Below are positions 23,721-35,473 of a stretch of DNA of 64,000 bases, one piece after another (the stretch's first letter is position 1; each line of letters begins with the position of its first letter). The notes beneath the pieces are model-generated. The model saw nothing but the letters and a program-made list of their open reading frames with translations. It was not told the DNA's origin and ran no database searches. A program made the translations under genes and the position numbers. Location: contig PIVM01000005.1 of the NCBI GenBank assembly GCA_003353945.1, forward strand, positions 21,351 through 85,350, given 5' to 3'. The stretch is from Gammaproteobacteria bacterium. Lineage in GTDB: Bacteria > Pseudomonadota > Gammaproteobacteria > Pseudomonadales > PIVM01.

Positions 23721-24996
23721 TTGCCTGGCATGAAACTATTTACTTTTTGCAATAGATTATCCAAATGCTCGCTCATCACACTCGTTTGTTTGATGTCACT
23801 TAGTATGAACAGCGCCGCAGATCCTCTCGTGGTGTCCAAAGAACAGGCCGCCATTATTTCCAAATCCTTTCAATTCTTCGTTGAAAAGGAAACGCTCAGC
23901 GTCACTCAGCTGCTCGCACTTTCTCCCTCACAATGGCAAGCTGTTCAGGGCAATCCAAATTTTGGTGTGACCGCCACAAGCCATTGGTTTTCAGTCGAAC
24001 TGACACCACGCAATGACTTCGATGGTATTATCGAGATCGATCGCTCCCCACCTTAATGTCGTCGATGTATTCATCATTTCGAACAACACGGTGTTAAGGT
24101 CTTATAAACTGGGTGACACAAGAAAATTCAATGCACGTCCAATCCAGCATCACAATATTTTGATACCGATTCACTTGCGCACTGCTAACACGATTCGGCT
24201 ACTCCTGCGCATTCAAACCCATGGTAGTCCACTGCAATTTCAAGCTACATTGTGGGAAAACGATGCTTTTAGAGTTCAAGATCAACTGAAATTGCTTTGG
24301 CACGGACTCTATATCGGTGCGATATTCGCCATTTCTCTGTATAACCTATTTATCTTTATTTCTGTTCGGGAAAAATCCTACGCTTTCCATGTCCTACGTG
24401 CTTTATTTCAGGCATTAAATTTTTTAATCTGTTGGGCAATGCCGTCAAATTTACCCAGCAGGGCAGCATCACTCTGCGGGTAGATGCGCAAGAACAAGAT
24501 AGCGAGCAGATACAGCTTATCATTGAGATCGAGGACACAGGTGTTGGTATCAGTGAAGAGGATCGCGACAAAGTGTTTAGCAGTTTCGAGCAAACGCGTA
24601 GCGGCGTAAAATCAGGGGAAGGCACCGGTTTAGGTCTGGCCATCAGTCGTGAATATGCGCATATGATGGGGGGCGACATCACTTTCACTAGTCAGCCTGA
24701 CAAGGGTAGTATTTTTCGACTGGAAATACGCTGCGAACCGGGTCAAATAGAGATAATTACCTCGCCACAGACTTTGCTAAATCCTGTAGGCTTGCAACCC
24801 AATCAACCCAGCTACCGCACAGGGCAAAGATCTGCCAATTATCGCCGTTTCAGCCAGTGCCTTTGAGGAAGACCGAGAAAGAATTCTCGCCGAAGGTGCC
24901 AGCGATTTTATTCGCAAGCCATTAAGAGATCATGAGCTACTGAACAAGATTGGGCAATACCTGAGTGTATCCTATGTTTATAAGGAAATGAAATGA
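23721..24996 (+). pseudogene. decayed 7TMR-DISM hybrid sensor histidine kinase
   Basis: The remnant is spread over three frames: signal peptide plus 7TMR-DISMED2-like domain (23721..24056 and 24013..), the first TM helices, then a jump straight to the HATPase N-box (LLGNAVKFTQQG...GTGLGLAISR). HisKA is missing. Only the tail of a receiver remains (LPIIAVSASAFEEDRERILAEGASDFIRKP), in yet another frame. I see at least one frameshift near 24040 and two internal deletions. Confidence 0.75.
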
Positions 24997-25214
24997 CGCA
25001 ATCTGTAGTAATCCACGACATCGCTCCCAGCGTTTTGTTAATCGGGTCTGCAACAAAAAGTGCTGTAGATGCCCTTACAGTGCGCCCTCACTTTCAACGC
25101 GAAATCCTTGTGAGAAATGCGGACTTGAATTTATATTATCGTCAGATATCGCTTTCCCGTTCATCTTTCAATGTGCCTTTTTCAAAGGCATTAAAAATAT
25201 CTATTTCGGTGCGC

Positions 25215-27464
25215 CTAATGCAATCGCCTGCCTTGCTCATTATCGACTGCTTGAAACATATGCTGACTGGCTACTGTATGCTGTTCACCAACCGCGCGAT
25301 GAATTAAAGTGGGCACATCCAGGATAATCGCCACCTCACCACTACCCAGAATCGTAGAGCCTCGAATCGCACTGAGATACTTAAACAGTTTACCCAGCGG
25401 TTTTATTACAGTTTGTAACTCGCCGAAAAGGCGATCCACGACCAAACCTGCTTTCTGCGTACCCACCTGCACCACCACAATCTGCTCGCGATCATGCGTC
25501 GATGTCTCTTGCGACAACACGTCACGCAAACGTAAAAATGGCAGAACTTCGCCGCGCAAATTAATATACTGTTCACCGCAGGACTCTTGAGTATCAGCTT
25601 CAGATAGTTCTATACATTCCTGCACCATATCCAGCGGTATTACATAGGATGAACCACCCACTCCCACCAAAAAACCGTCAATTATAGCCAGGCTCAACGG
25701 CAGACGGATACGCACGGTCGTACCCTCATTCTGCTCACTGTCAATATCAACGGTACCACTCAGTGCCTCGATATTGCGACGCACCACGTCCATACCCACA
25801 CCGCGACCAGAAAGATCAGTGACTTCATTGGCAGTAGAGAATCCGGGTTCAAGTATCAGACGAAAAATATCTTTTCTATCCATCTCTTGACCAGTATCAA
25901 TTATGCCTTTTTCACGAGCTTTCGCTAACAGCTTATCCGGATCAAGCCCTGCACCATCATCGGCCACTTCAATGACAATACCACCGGAATCATGAAACGC
26001 ATTGAGGTATACTACACCCTCTGCCGACTTACCCTTTTCTTCACGCTGTTCTGGCATTTCCAAGCCGTGATCCACGGCATTTCGCACCAAATGCATTAGA
26101 GGGTCACCGATATTTTCAATCACCGTTTTGTCCAGTTCTGTTTCACTGCCATAGATTTCAAGCCGTACCCTTTTCCCCAGACCTTTACTCACATCGCGAA
26201 CCACACGATTAAACCGGTTAAAGCTTTCGCCAATGGGCACCATACGTAACTGCAAGGCATGATCACGAATTTCTTCCACCAAATGCGACATATTAGCGAC
26301 CGTTTCCAGTAATGCTTCATCAGCAATACGTCGGGCTTGAATTTGGTTCCCGGCTCCTGCAATCACCAATTCACCCACAAGATTGATCAACTTATCAAGG
26401 CGGGCTGCGTCCACCCGAACCGACTTTGCTGTACTGCGCACGCCTCGCACCTGAGCTTGTTTTTCCAGAGCAGCATCAATCACTTCTGGATGAACCGTTT
26501 GCTGTTTAAGCAACACCTCACCTAAGCGGCTAATATCTTCGGGCACATCCTGATCACGCAACTGGCCTTGACAGTGCAGAGCCATCTGCAATTCCTTTTC
26601 TGTCAAAGCGCCACAGTGTCTCAAAATATCACCTAACATTTGCCTCTCCTCAGGCAAACCATCGATCAGATCGGCGTACTCGGAGACTTTCGCCTTTGGC
26701 GGCAATATGTATAGCGTGCATTCTTCTATTGCAAATTCAAAAGCGGCCTCAATTTCCGCTTTACTGGCATCGCTAGACAATGCAATCTCAAAACCTAGAT
26801 AATTACTTTCTGGATCCATGTCCTCAAGTAAAGGCATGCCGTCAAAAACCGTCGCAATATCAGTGATCTGCCCCAACTTTCCAAGATAACTAAGAAAAGG
26901 TGCCGGATCGAGACCGAAACGAAACACATTCTCTGAAAACCGAATTGAAATATGCCACTGATCTGTCACTACTCGTTGCTCATTTTCACGCTCTACCTTA
27001 CCGGATACGACCGCCGGTGTAGAGGTATGTGTGGCAGTATGTGCAGACGTTTCTCCTGTTTCCGTTTCTTCGCCAACAGACTGGAACCCGGCTAAGCGCT
27101 GAAATATCGCATCACCCCGTGCACTCAGTTCATCGGAAATACTTTCTCCATCATCTTGAGTAGCTGCGTCAATTAAGGAACCGATATGATCCCCTGCTTG
27201 GAGTAACGCCTCGGTCAAATCTTCACAAATCTGAATATCACCCTCGCGCAATCTATCGAGCACATTCTCTACCACATGGGTAAAACCAACAACATGGGTA
27301 TAACCAAAAATACCTGAAGAACCCTTAATTGTATGTGCGGTTCGAAACAGCGCATTCAGGACTTCCGGATCACTGTCTTCATTTAACTGCAATAGAATAT
27401 CCTCCATCTCTTGCAGCAATTCACGACTCTCTTCCAAAAACGTATCTAAAGGATTTTCACTCAT
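25215..27464 (-). CDS. cheA: chemotaxis histidine kinase CheA
   Basis: 749 aa. HPt motif FRTAHTIKGSSG, dimerisation and HATPase blocks (DPLMHLVRNAVDHG, DDGAGLD, GRGVGMDVV), and a C-terminal CheW-like domain. Confidence 0.92.
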   Translation of the reverse strand: MSENPLDTFLEESRELLQEMEDILLQLNEDSDPEVLNALFRTAHTIKGSSGIFGYTHVVGFTHVVENVLDRLREGDIQICEDLTEALLQAGDHIGSLIDAATQDDGESISDELSARGDAIFQRLAGFQSVGEETETGETSAHTATHTSTPAVVSGKVERENEQRVVTDQWHISIRFSENVFRFGLDPAPFLSYLGKLGQITDIATVFDGMPLLEDMDPESNYLGFEIALSSDASKAEIEAAFEFAIEECTLYILPPKAKVSEYADLIDGLPEERQMLGDILRHCGALTEKELQMALHCQGQLRDQDVPEDISRLGEVLLKQQTVHPEVIDAALEKQAQVRGVRSTAKSVRVDAARLDKLINLVGELVIAGAGNQIQARRIADEALLETVANMSHLVEEIRDHALQLRMVPIGESFNRFNRVVRDVSKGLGKRVRLEIYGSETELDKTVIENIGDPLMHLVRNAVDHGLEMPEQREEKGKSAEGVVYLNAFHDSGGIVIEVADDGAGLDPDKLLAKAREKGIIDTGQEMDRKDIFRLILEPGFSTANEVTDLSGRGVGMDVVRRNIEALSGTVDIDSEQNEGTTVRIRLPLSLAIIDGFLVGVGGSSYVIPLDMVQECIELSEADTQESCGEQYINLRGEVLPFLRLRDVLSQETSTHDREQIVVVQVGTQKAGLVVDRLFGELQTVIKPLGKLFKYLSAIRGSTILGSGEVAIILDVPTLIHRAVGEQHTVASQHMFQAVDNEQGRRLH

Positions 27465-27519
27465 GTCCTATCTCCGTACTGTCAGTGTGCTCCCTGGGAG
27501 TCTGTCCGAGAATAGAATC

Positions 27520-27837
27520 CTAGCTGTCTGACGGCATCAATATCTGGTCACCAAAAAAATGCTCAAGACCAAACAACTGAATAATATCCACTACGGATGC
27601 ACTGTGATTGACATAGCGCACCGGCTTATCTATTTCTTTCGCTGACTGTTTCAGTGCCAGAAGTAATTGCAAACCGGCGCTGTCAATCTCATCAACATGT
27701 GATAGATCTATCTCTAGCTCAGTGCAATCATCATAAGCATCCAAAAGACTATCACGCATTTTTCTAGCCTGGTAGATCGTCATCTTATCGTTGATTTGAC
27801 AAAACCCTTGCTCACCATCCTTCTTGACATCCATCAT
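27520..27837 (-). CDS. STAS-domain protein (anti-sigma-factor-antagonist fold) inside the che operon
   Basis: 105 aa. LEIDLSHVDEIDSAGLQLLLAL is the STAS signature. Its start overlaps the upstream cheW stop by 4 nt. Confidence 0.7.
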   Translation of the reverse strand: MMDVKKDGEQGFCQINDKMTIYQARKMRDSLLDAYDDCTELEIDLSHVDEIDSAGLQLLLALKQSAKEIDKPVRYVNHSASVVDIIQLFGLEHFFGDQILMPSDS

Positions 27838-28436
27838 GTTTGTTCTCCTTCTGCTATCAAAGCATCATCTTCTGAATCACTCGTTGCACTTGATTCAGAA
27901 GACTCTCTCAACTCAACAAACTCATCTAGCAAGGGCAGATCGTGTAGTGACAACATATTTTCGATATTCAACAAAATAATGAAATTCTCGCCGATTTTTC
28001 CCATACCATGGATATAATCGGTATTGATAGCGCCATCAAATGAGGGGGCTGGGCGAATATCCTGCTGATCAATGTCAATCACCTGATGCACAGCATCAAT
28101 CAACAACCCCACTTCCACTTCCTCTTCTACGCCCGATGTCAGCTCCACAATCACTATGCAGGTTCGTTGCACAACCTCGGTCTGGGCCATATCAAGGCGG
28201 AGTGCCAAATCAATCACCGGCACCACATGACCCCGCAGATTTAAGGCTCCGCAAATAAATGCTGGCATTCTAGGAATCGGAGTCAACTCACAGTATTCAA
28301 TAATTTCTTTTACTTTAAGAATATTGATACCAAACTGTTCATTGCCGGCCGCCAGTGAGAGATAACGATCCTGATTATCATTTACCTCCACTGTTTCTTT
28401 ACTCTGCATATTGAGCGTTATCAGTTGTCTAGCCAT
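27834..28436 (-). CDS. cheW: chemotaxis coupling protein CheW
   Basis: ORF 27834..28460. The preferred start is the ATG at 28436, preceded by GAGGAG. CheW-like core: FGINILKVKEII...IPRMPAFICGALNLRGHVVPVIDL. Confidence 0.85.
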   Translation of the reverse strand: MARQLITLNMQSKETVEVNDNQDRYLSLAAGNEQFGINILKVKEIIEYCELTPIPRMPAFICGALNLRGHVVPVIDLALRLDMAQTEVVQRTCIVIVELTSGVEEEVEVGLLIDAVHQVIDIDQQDIRPAPSFDGAINTDYIHGMGKIGENFIILLNIENMLSLHDLPLLDEFVELRESSESSATSDSEDDALIAEGEQT

Positions 28437-29016
28437 GTGCACTCTCCTCATGCTGAACACCGCCTTCCGAGGCTTTCATATACTCAGACAGCTCATCAAC
28501 CGCTCCGACTCGTTCAATATCCAGTAAAATCACAAAAGCATCGTTTCGCTTACCCATGCCGGCGATAAAATCACTGCGAATATCCACGCCAAAGGTTGGT
28601 GGTTGCTCAATGGCTGAATCGGGAATTTCTGCAACCGCATCGACTGCATCAACATACAACCCACACTCCATTGTCTCACCATCAGCTTCGACTTCCACCA
28701 GAATAAAACAACTGCGATTTCCGGGCGGACGTGCTGGTTTATCAAGCCGTACGGCCAGATCAATAACGGGCAGGACACTGCCCCGAAGATTAAAGACGCC
28801 GCGGATAAACACCGGCGCAAGGGGCACCTGAGTCAGCGCCCCATACTCGATGATCTCCTTGATATGGTCCAGATCTATACCGTATAGCGTGTCATTGACC
28901 AGAAAAGTAAGATACTTCGATTGCCCAGCCTTTTCTTTGTGCATCACTGGCATCAATTCGTCTTTTTTAACCATTAATTCACTTTGATTACTCGTCGCCA
29001 TTGCGCTCTTCTCCAC
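28429..29016 (-). CDS. cheW: chemotaxis coupling protein CheW (second copy)
   Basis: 195 aa. YLTFLVNDTLYGIDLDHIKEII...VPLAPVFIRGVFNLRGSVLPVIDL. Confidence 0.85.
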   Translation of the reverse strand: MEKSAMATSNQSELMVKKDELMPVMHKEKAGQSKYLTFLVNDTLYGIDLDHIKEIIEYGALTQVPLAPVFIRGVFNLRGSVLPVIDLAVRLDKPARPPGNRSCFILVEVEADGETMECGLYVDAVDAVAEIPDSAIEQPPTFGVDIRSDFIAGMGKRNDAFVILLDIERVGAVDELSEYMKASEGGVQHEESAHG

Positions 29017-30702
29017 TTAACCAAACCGGACAAAGTCACTACGTTCTTCTTTCGTGTCTACCAATTGCTCTTGCGGTTCTGATGCCTCTTTCCTTTGTAA
29101 TGTCTGTTTCCTCAACTCAGATGATTTCATCCCCTTACCAAGTTTGAAAAAGCCGACAATTTCACGAAGTGACTCAGCCTGGCCACTCATTTCTTCAGCG
29201 GTGGCCGCCAGCTCCTCGGAAGACGCACTGCTACTTTGCACTGATTGACTTTGCTGTTCCGCAGCAGAATTCACCTGCTGTATGCCACTTGCCTGCTCTT
29301 CTGACGCAGCAGCAATTTCCTGCACTAGTTCGGCAGTATTCTCAATCTTTGGTACAACCTCAATGATCAACTCACCAGCCATTTCGGCAGTCTTAACGCT
29401 ATCACGGGCTAAGCCACTAATCTCTTGTGCTGAATCCTGACTGCGCTCGGCCAGTTTACGCACTTCATCGGCCACAACTGCAAAACCTCTGCCATGTTCA
29501 CCCGCACGAGCCGCCTCAATCGCTGCATTGAGCGCCAGGAGATTTGTTTTATACGCTATATCATTAATCAAACCGATCTTTTCGGCAATCTGCTGCATAG
29601 CATTCACTGTATTCTTTACCGCTTTACCACCCTCGCTCGCCTGCTGCGCAGCTTGCAGGGCCATTGCATCGGTGGTTTTAGCATTTTCGGCATTCTGATT
29701 TACCGAGGCACTCATCTGCTCCAGTGAGGCACTGGTTTCTTCGACAGTAGATGCCATCTCGCTGGAACCCTCACTTAAGGTTTGTGCTGTGGCGCTAACC
29801 TGATTGGCGGCCGTCGCGACACTTTCGACAGTTTCTCTGACTTCTAGCATCACACCTTGAATTTTCTCCAGAAAACCATTTAAAGAACCTGCTACAAGAC
29901 CGATTTCATTATGACCAAAATCCGGCAATCGGTAGGTCAGATCACCATCTCCAGAACGCAATTCTTCTGCGGCCTTATGCATGACTCGCAAGGGATTTGT
30001 GATGCTTTGAATCAAGAAAAAGCTGACAACACAGCCCACAACAATTGATGCAATAATAATAATTGTCAGAGCAACCACTAGCGTCGCTTCCTCATGCTCT
30101 ACCCTGATCAACGACTCTTTCGTAAACTTCTCAACTTCTTCCAGCGTGCCAACAATACCCTGTTCCAATTCATGGGCTTGTTCTTCCAACGATTCGGTCA
30201 GATGCTCAGCTTCTTCAAATCGGCCTTGTGTTAACAGAATAAACACTTCATGTGACTTAGCCTGATATTTATCATGCAATGTGCCGATATATTCAAGTTC
30301 CTTGATGAGCTTTCCGTATTCTTCTTTCTCAGCTGCGCTATGAGCTTTAGCTATCCCATCTTCCAGATATTTTATGGCATTTTTTTCTTTTTCATCAACC
30401 ATCTTTCCGTTTTTATCAAATTCTTCAATGGACGTTTTCAGGCCATCGGCCGCGTGTTCGTCCACATCCAACATCAAAGCGAAACGAAAAGCTCTTTCGA
30501 AATTAAGCTCTTGCTCAAACGTATGCTCGGTGATCTCAGTGATCTCCTCAATCAGCGGCATATCAATCTCGGCAATCGCCGTTACCTCTTCACCAACCGT
30601 CGCAATTTTGCTAGTGGCGTAGACACCAATACCGACTAGCATCACCATCAGAAAAGCCGATAACAGCATAATTTTTAATGATACTTTCAGGTTTTTTAAC
30701 AT
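29017..30702 (-). CDS. methyl-accepting chemotaxis protein (helical periplasmic domain, HAMP, MA domain)
   Basis: 561 aa with two TM segments. Highly conserved MCP hairpin: [40 protein letters not shown]. Confidence 0.9.
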   Translation of the reverse strand: MLKNLKVSLKIMLLSAFLMVMLVGIGVYATSKIATVGEEVTAIAEIDMPLIEEITEITEHTFEQELNFERAFRFALMLDVDEHAADGLKTSIEEFDKNGKMVDEKEKNAIKYLEDGIAKAHSAAEKEEYGKLIKELEYIGTLHDKYQAKSHEVFILLTQGRFEEAEHLTESLEEQAHELEQGIVGTLEEVEKFTKESLIRVEHEEATLVVALTIIIIASIVVGCVVSFFLIQSITNPLRVMHKAAEELRSGDGDLTYRLPDFGHNEIGLVAGSLNGFLEKIQGVMLEVRETVESVATAANQVSATAQTLSEGSSEMASTVEETSASLEQMSASVNQNAENAKTTDAMALQAAQQASEGGKAVKNTVNAMQQIAEKIGLINDIAYKTNLLALNAAIEAARAGEHGRGFAVVADEVRKLAERSQDSAQEISGLARDSVKTAEMAGELIIEVVPKIENTAELVQEIAAASEEQASGIQQVNSAAEQQSQSVQSSSASSEELAATAEEMSGQAESLREIVGFFKLGKGMKSSELRKQTLQRKEASEPQEQLVDTKEERSDFVRFG

Positions 30703-30721
30703 GAAAACTGCCTCAAATAAT

Positions 30722-30850
30722 TCACAATAACGATGCCTTGTGTTTTTCCGTACTCTTAGTCACCGCTGCCTGTGCGGGTAACGTCAATAACATTGACACA
30801 CACGCCAACAAAGCGGTTAATAATCCCAAGCCATCCAACTTCGTTTTCAT
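30722..30850 (-). CDS. possible 42-aa small membrane or secreted peptide
   Basis: ATG at 30850 with RBS AGAGGA 7 nt upstream. The product is [42 protein letters not shown]. The ORF ends 19 nt before the MCP start. It is short and has no homology support. Confidence 0.3.
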   Translation of the reverse strand: MKTKLDGLGLLTALLACVSMLLTLPAQAAVTKSTEKHKASLL

Positions 30851-31214
30851 TGTCAGATCCTCTGTTACATTTCCTACTGGGACTATGCAACTATTCATAA
30901 AATATATCATTGCCGCTAAAATCGTTATCCTTTATCTTAGTAAGCGAATAGTCTTCACGAAATACCGGTTTGCGATAAAAGGATCAACCTTAATGAATTC
31001 ATGTTGACATTTTTTTAACATTTCACAAAAGCACATTAACAATGCCGCTTACGCGTTTTGTTTGTTTATATATTGCCCGTTTTCTCAATTTATCTGATCC
31101 TGTATATTCTTGTTCGATCATTCTATATTTCAATCTGTTTGATAATCCAATCAATTTTAAAACGAATATAAATAGTAAAATGACTGGCACTTTCAAATCA
31201 CTCCCTTTATCTTC

Positions 31215-32336
31215 TCACCCTGCGCTACGGGCCTTTCTAGACAGCTGCCGTTCATTTTTTATTATCGCTATAGGCAGCTGTTCAAGAGGCAAGGACTGAT
31301 CAACCGCCCCTTTTTTGACAGCTTCCTTCGGCATGCCATAAACAACGCTGGTTTTTTCGTCCTGGGCAATGGTATAAGCGCCCGTTTGATGCATCTCCAG
31401 CAAGCCATTTGCCCCATCATCACCCATTCCCGTCATGATGATGCCCATCGCATTAACGCCCGCTGCTTTTGCAACAGAGCGAAACAATACATCCACTGAC
31501 GGACGATGCCGACAAACCAAAGGCCCATCCTTGACCTGACAAATATATTGCGCTCCACTACGCCGCACCATGAGGTGTTTACCTCCCGGTGCTATGAAGG
31601 CATATCCCGGTCGTATTCGATCACCATCGGCCGCTTCTTTCACCTCTATTTCACACAGGCCATTTAAACGCTGGGCAAACGCCGCTGTAAATTTTTCCGG
31701 CATATGCTGCACGATTACGATGCCACAACAAACTCGGGGCAATTGCTTCAAAATTTGTTCCAGTGCCTGCGTCCCACCCGTTGAGGTACCCATCGCGACA
31801 AACCGTTCTGTTGTCTCTTTCATGGCACGCTGAGGTGTAAAATTCATCATCACATCGGCTGACAACTTTGAGCCGACTTTTCTTTCCGCTTGCTCTACTT
31901 GCGGTCGCATCCGTTTGATATTGAACTTTGCCTTCGCAGCCCCCTTGACTGCATCTAGCAGTTCACTGGCCTCGCCCCTTAATGCTTCTTTGCCGCCTAC
32001 CCGAGGCTTGGCGATTATATCCACGGCCCCTGCCGCTAGCGCCTCCATCGTGGTTTCTGCCCCTTTGTGGGTGAGCGTCGAACACATCACCACCGGTGTG
32101 GGGTGTTCGTCCATAATTTTTCTCAGAAAGGTAATGCCGTCCATGCGCGGCATTTCAACATCAAGAATAATGACGTCTGGCCAGCTTTTCTCCATGCGTT
32201 TGAGCGCAAAGAGGGGATCTGCAACAGCCGCCATTAATTCCAGTGCTCGATCAGATTCAACAATTTTCGATAACACCTGACGGACCACTGCCGAATCATC
32301 GACTACCAATACTTTTATTGTCATCAGCTTATCCAT
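31215..32336 (-). CDS. cheB: chemotaxis response regulator protein-glutamate methylesterase CheB
   Basis: N-terminal REC (KVLVVDDS...[14 protein letters not shown]) and a C-terminal methylesterase domain (GTSTGG, HMP, GMGDDG). Confidence 0.92.
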   Translation of the reverse strand: MDKLMTIKVLVVDDSAVVRQVLSKIVESDRALELMAAVADPLFALKRMEKSWPDVIILDVEMPRMDGITFLRKIMDEHPTPVVMCSTLTHKGAETTMEALAAGAVDIIAKPRVGGKEALRGEASELLDAVKGAAKAKFNIKRMRPQVEQAERKVGSKLSADVMMNFTPQRAMKETTERFVAMGTSTGGTQALEQILKQLPRVCCGIVIVQHMPEKFTAAFAQRLNGLCEIEVKEAADGDRIRPGYAFIAPGGKHLMVRRSGAQYICQVKDGPLVCRHRPSVDVLFRSVAKAAGVNAMGIIMTGMGDDGANGLLEMHQTGAYTIAQDEKTSVVYGMPKEAVKKGAVDQSLPLEQLPIAIIKNERQLSRKARSAG

Positions 32337-32842
32337 ACCTGTTTTTCAACGTTCTCATCCTGATGCGTATGCTTCGATTGCCATACTGTCCCATCTGCAA
32401 GATTTAAAGTCAGCTTACGATACACATTACCACCAACATCGCGGTGGCTGACATTAAATCCTTCTGCCTGCAACAACGCATTGACTTGTTGCACATTGCG
32501 CATACCGATTGAAATATTGCTCTCCTCTGGGTAACGCTCCAACGCATGCCCGCCACCAAACACACCAACGCGTAATTGTTTCGGTTTAAGCCGGTACTTT
32601 CTTAAATACTCCAAAAAATGTGAGATCGCACCAGTCACATAGCGTGGATGCATCTCATTGGATTTCAAGTCACTATTTGGCAAAACAATGTGGCACATCC
32701 CTCCTGAATGGAAACATTCTGACCACAGCGTCACTGCCACACAAGAGCCCAACAACGTTGAAACCTTCACTGGCGTGTCTCCGAAATACAGTTCACCCGG
32801 CATTAAATAAACCTTGGGCAATGTGAATTCCTTGCTATCCAT
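32324..32842 (-). CDS. cheD: chemoreceptor glutamine deamidase CheD
   Basis: ORF 32324..32902. The start was chosen at MDSKEF (32842), just after the cheR stop. Motifs [10 protein letters not shown] and GMCHIVLP. Confidence 0.85.
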   Translation of the reverse strand: MDSKEFTLPKVYLMPGELYFGDTPVKVSTLLGSCVAVTLWSECFHSGGMCHIVLPNSDLKSNEMHPRYVTGAISHFLEYLRKYRLKPKQLRVGVFGGGHALERYPEESNISIGMRNVQQVNALLQAEGFNVSHRDVGGNVYRKLTLNLADGTVWQSKHTHQDENVEKQVWIS

Positions 32843-32846
32843 ATCA

Positions 32847-33692
32847 TTACTCACGTCGATATATCGAAGGTTGTACCGGTGTAAACCGCTCATTGATGCC
32901 ATGCAGGCTCTCTGAGTGGCCTACAAAAAAATAACCGCCAGGTTTCAACGTCTGAAACATTCTTTCTACTAATCGTCGCTTTGTCAGGACATCAAAATAA
33001 ATCATTACATTGCGCAGAAAAATTAAATCAAACTTACCAATGCCACTCCAGGCACCATTGAGGTTCATGGTTTTAAACTGCACTCTTCTACGAAGAGTTT
33101 CATCTATGGTCAGCATACCGTCATAATCACCAACACCCTTAAGACAGTATCGCTGCAAATACTCATTCGGAATCTTTTCCGCACTGTCCAAAGGGTAGTG
33201 CGCTCGTTGAGCATGTTCCACAACCTGACTATTTACATCAGTACCCAAAATCGTCCACTTATGTGGCGGACGCAGATTATCAGCTAGCAACATAGCCAAA
33301 CTGTATGCCTCCTCACCAGAAGAAGACGCAGCGCTCCAGACACTCAATGCGGCACTTCGCTCAATTTTCGTAATCACCGTGTTTCGCAAAAAATCGAAGT
33401 GCTTTTCTTCTCGAAAAAAATATGTTTCGTTGGTGGTTAATAGATCCACCAATATCTGCATCTCTTGTGAATTTTGCTTGTCTGTCGCGATGTCGAAATA
33501 CTTTTTGAAACTCGTTAATCCGTAGTGACGCAAACGTCGTAACAATCGCCCCCGCACCAAATCCTTCTTCGCTGGCGAAAGAAAAACACCAATTCTCTCG
33601 TGCATTAGCTCCGAAAAAAGACGAAACTCCCGATCACTAATCTCTGCCACTTGCACCGCTTCATAGTCCATTATCTTACATCGCTCAATCAT
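32847..33692 (-). CDS. cheR: chemotaxis protein methyltransferase CheR
   Basis: 281 aa. TTNETYFFRE, SVWSAASSSGEEAYSLAMLL and IFLRNVMIYFD. Confidence 0.9.
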   Translation of the reverse strand: MIERCKIMDYEAVQVAEISDREFRLFSELMHERIGVFLSPAKKDLVRGRLLRRLRHYGLTSFKKYFDIATDKQNSQEMQILVDLLTTNETYFFREEKHFDFLRNTVITKIERSAALSVWSAASSSGEEAYSLAMLLADNLRPPHKWTILGTDVNSQVVEHAQRAHYPLDSAEKIPNEYLQRYCLKGVGDYDGMLTIDETLRRRVQFKTMNLNGAWSGIGKFDLIFLRNVMIYFDVLTKRRLVERMFQTLKPGGYFFVGHSESLHGINERFTPVQPSIYRRE

Positions 33693-33839
33693 CTAAAGAA
33701 AAAGTTTCGCTTCCGTACTTACACGCAATGCTCTTTCTCAATTACCGATATCATATTGGTATTTTCTGATCCCACTGCGGGCACAGTATTATGTCAAATA
33801 ACATTGTGCCGCCTAAAGAGCTTCAGTTAAAACAAAACG

Positions 33840-35021
33840 TTAAAAAAAGGTTATTTCATCCTCTTTTTCTCCAGCACATGCTCCTCCAATATGATTGGCT
33901 CGCTGTTCGTCGGTCGTGTAATCATTTTCCATCTCCGCTAAAAATGAATCGATATCCATACTATTGCCCACTTGCTCCGTGTTATCTGAATGAACCACCT
34001 CACTAAAACCAGACAAGGAATCTTTTACATGACACAGAATCTGAGAGACTCTATCCTGAAACTGTAATGAAACCAGAATGTCTTCAATCTCCCGGCCTAT
34101 TCCAGCATTTTCATCGCGCAGTATATCAGCTGATTGTGCCAACTCATCAACAATACAACGCAACTCTTTAAGCACTTCTTTTGTTGTACTGTCAACGTCG
34201 TGTTCCAGCTCAGCATCACGAATCTTTACTTGTTCAGTACGACTTAACAATGCCTGCATAGTACGATTGAGCTGTTCTACGCCTTCTGCAATACGTTCTC
34301 CCGTTTTTGCGGAATCATCTGATAAACTTCGAACTTCATCAGCAACTACGGCAAATCCTCGACCGGCCTCACCAGCTCGAGCTGCTTCTATGGCCGCATT
34401 CAATGCAAGAAGATTTGTCTGGGAAGCTATCGCTCCTACTGACTGCACCATCGATTGCATATTTTCTGTATGTGCAACCATGTCCGTTACATTCTTTTCA
34501 ATTTCGTCCCGATAGGCCAATGCCTTTCGCACATCATCATTCAAGTGCTCAAGTTGCTTCTGACTGCTGCGAAAGACGCCAATCAATCCTTCCTCACCTA
34601 CACTGTGAGATGAGCTGGCAGACGCCTCTCTAGACGCATCAAGTCTAGTAATCAGTGTAGAAAATCGACTTGCCAGTGTTGTAATCCCGTCAGCGGTTTG
34701 ATCACGTGCGGTTTCAATCTGGCGTGCCACAATCGGGATTATACGAACTACAGCGTCCTCGACAGCCCTTATTTGTTCGTTTTTTTGCGTCTCATGTTTT
34801 TCCTGTTCAAGCAGAAAATCTGCTTCCTTTTTTTGCAATAACTGTTGCACTTTGTGCTCAAAAAAAATACCAGCAGACAACGTCATAACAAAAAACAATA
34901 TAATTGCCAGAACAACCTGTCCCGTCATTCCACCTAGATAGGCAAAAAAAACGGCTCCAAGAAAACAAATGATCAGCGACAATCGGAAAACAAAACCATT
35001 TAACAACGCTGCCAAATTCAT
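33840..35021 (-). CDS. methyl-accepting chemotaxis protein (short; two N-terminal TM helices, no periplasmic sensor domain)
   Basis: 393 aa. [37 protein letters not shown]. Confidence 0.85.
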   Translation of the reverse strand: MNLAALLNGFVFRLSLIICFLGAVFFAYLGGMTGQVVLAIILFFVMTLSAGIFFEHKVQQLLQKKEADFLLEQEKHETQKNEQIRAVEDAVVRIIPIVARQIETARDQTADGITTLASRFSTLITRLDASREASASSSHSVGEEGLIGVFRSSQKQLEHLNDDVRKALAYRDEIEKNVTDMVAHTENMQSMVQSVGAIASQTNLLALNAAIEAARAGEAGRGFAVVADEVRSLSDDSAKTGERIAEGVEQLNRTMQALLSRTEQVKIRDAELEHDVDSTTKEVLKELRCIVDELAQSADILRDENAGIGREIEDILVSLQFQDRVSQILCHVKDSLSGFSEVVHSDNTEQVGNSMDIDSFLAEMENDYTTDEQRANHIGGACAGEKEDEITFF

Positions 35022-35057
35022 GTGTTATCCTCCAAATTCAAGCTCATTCGCCAGCAT

Positions 35058-35426
35058 TTAAGCTGTTGCTAACTTTTCCACCGCCGCCAGCATCTGCTGC
35101 GGTTTAAATGGCTTTACTACCCATGCTCGTGCACCGGCTGCCTTCCCTTTTTCCTTCATGGTCTCCTGAGATTCAGTCGTCAGCATGATGATGGGCGTAA
35201 ATTTGTAGTTTGCCAGCTTCTTCACTTCCTGAACCAGAGTAATGCCATCCATATTAGGCATATTGACATCACTGACAATCAGATGAATTTTTCGGCCATC
35301 CAGCTTTGAAAGAGCATCATTGCCATCACAGGCTTCAATTACTACATAACCGGCGCCAGTAAGTGCTATATTCACAACCTGGCGTATTGACGCCGAGTCA
35401 TCAACAATCAATATTGTTTTGCTCAA
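35058..35426 (-). CDS. cheY: chemotaxis response regulator CheY
   Basis: 122-aa stand-alone REC: ILIVDDS...LIVSDVNMPNMDG...ITLVQ..K. Confidence 0.9.
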   Translation of the reverse strand: MSKTILIVDDSASIRQVVNIALTGAGYVVIEACDGNDALSKLDGRKIHLIVSDVNMPNMDGITLVQEVKKLANYKFTPIIMLTTESQETMKEKGKAAGARAWVVKPFKPQQMLAAVEKLATA

Positions 35427-35473
35427 GTTAAAACCCTCCTAAAAACACACAACAAGTCGAACTCATCACTATC

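Noticed and set aside
24993-25307. A 104-aa ORF whose ATG overlaps the pseudogene stop (ATGAAATGA) and which looks translationally coupled.
   Set aside because: It has no recognisable domain and overlaps the 3' end of cheA on the opposite strand by about 90 nt. It is probably a remnant of the decayed kinase operon. It was left unannotated.
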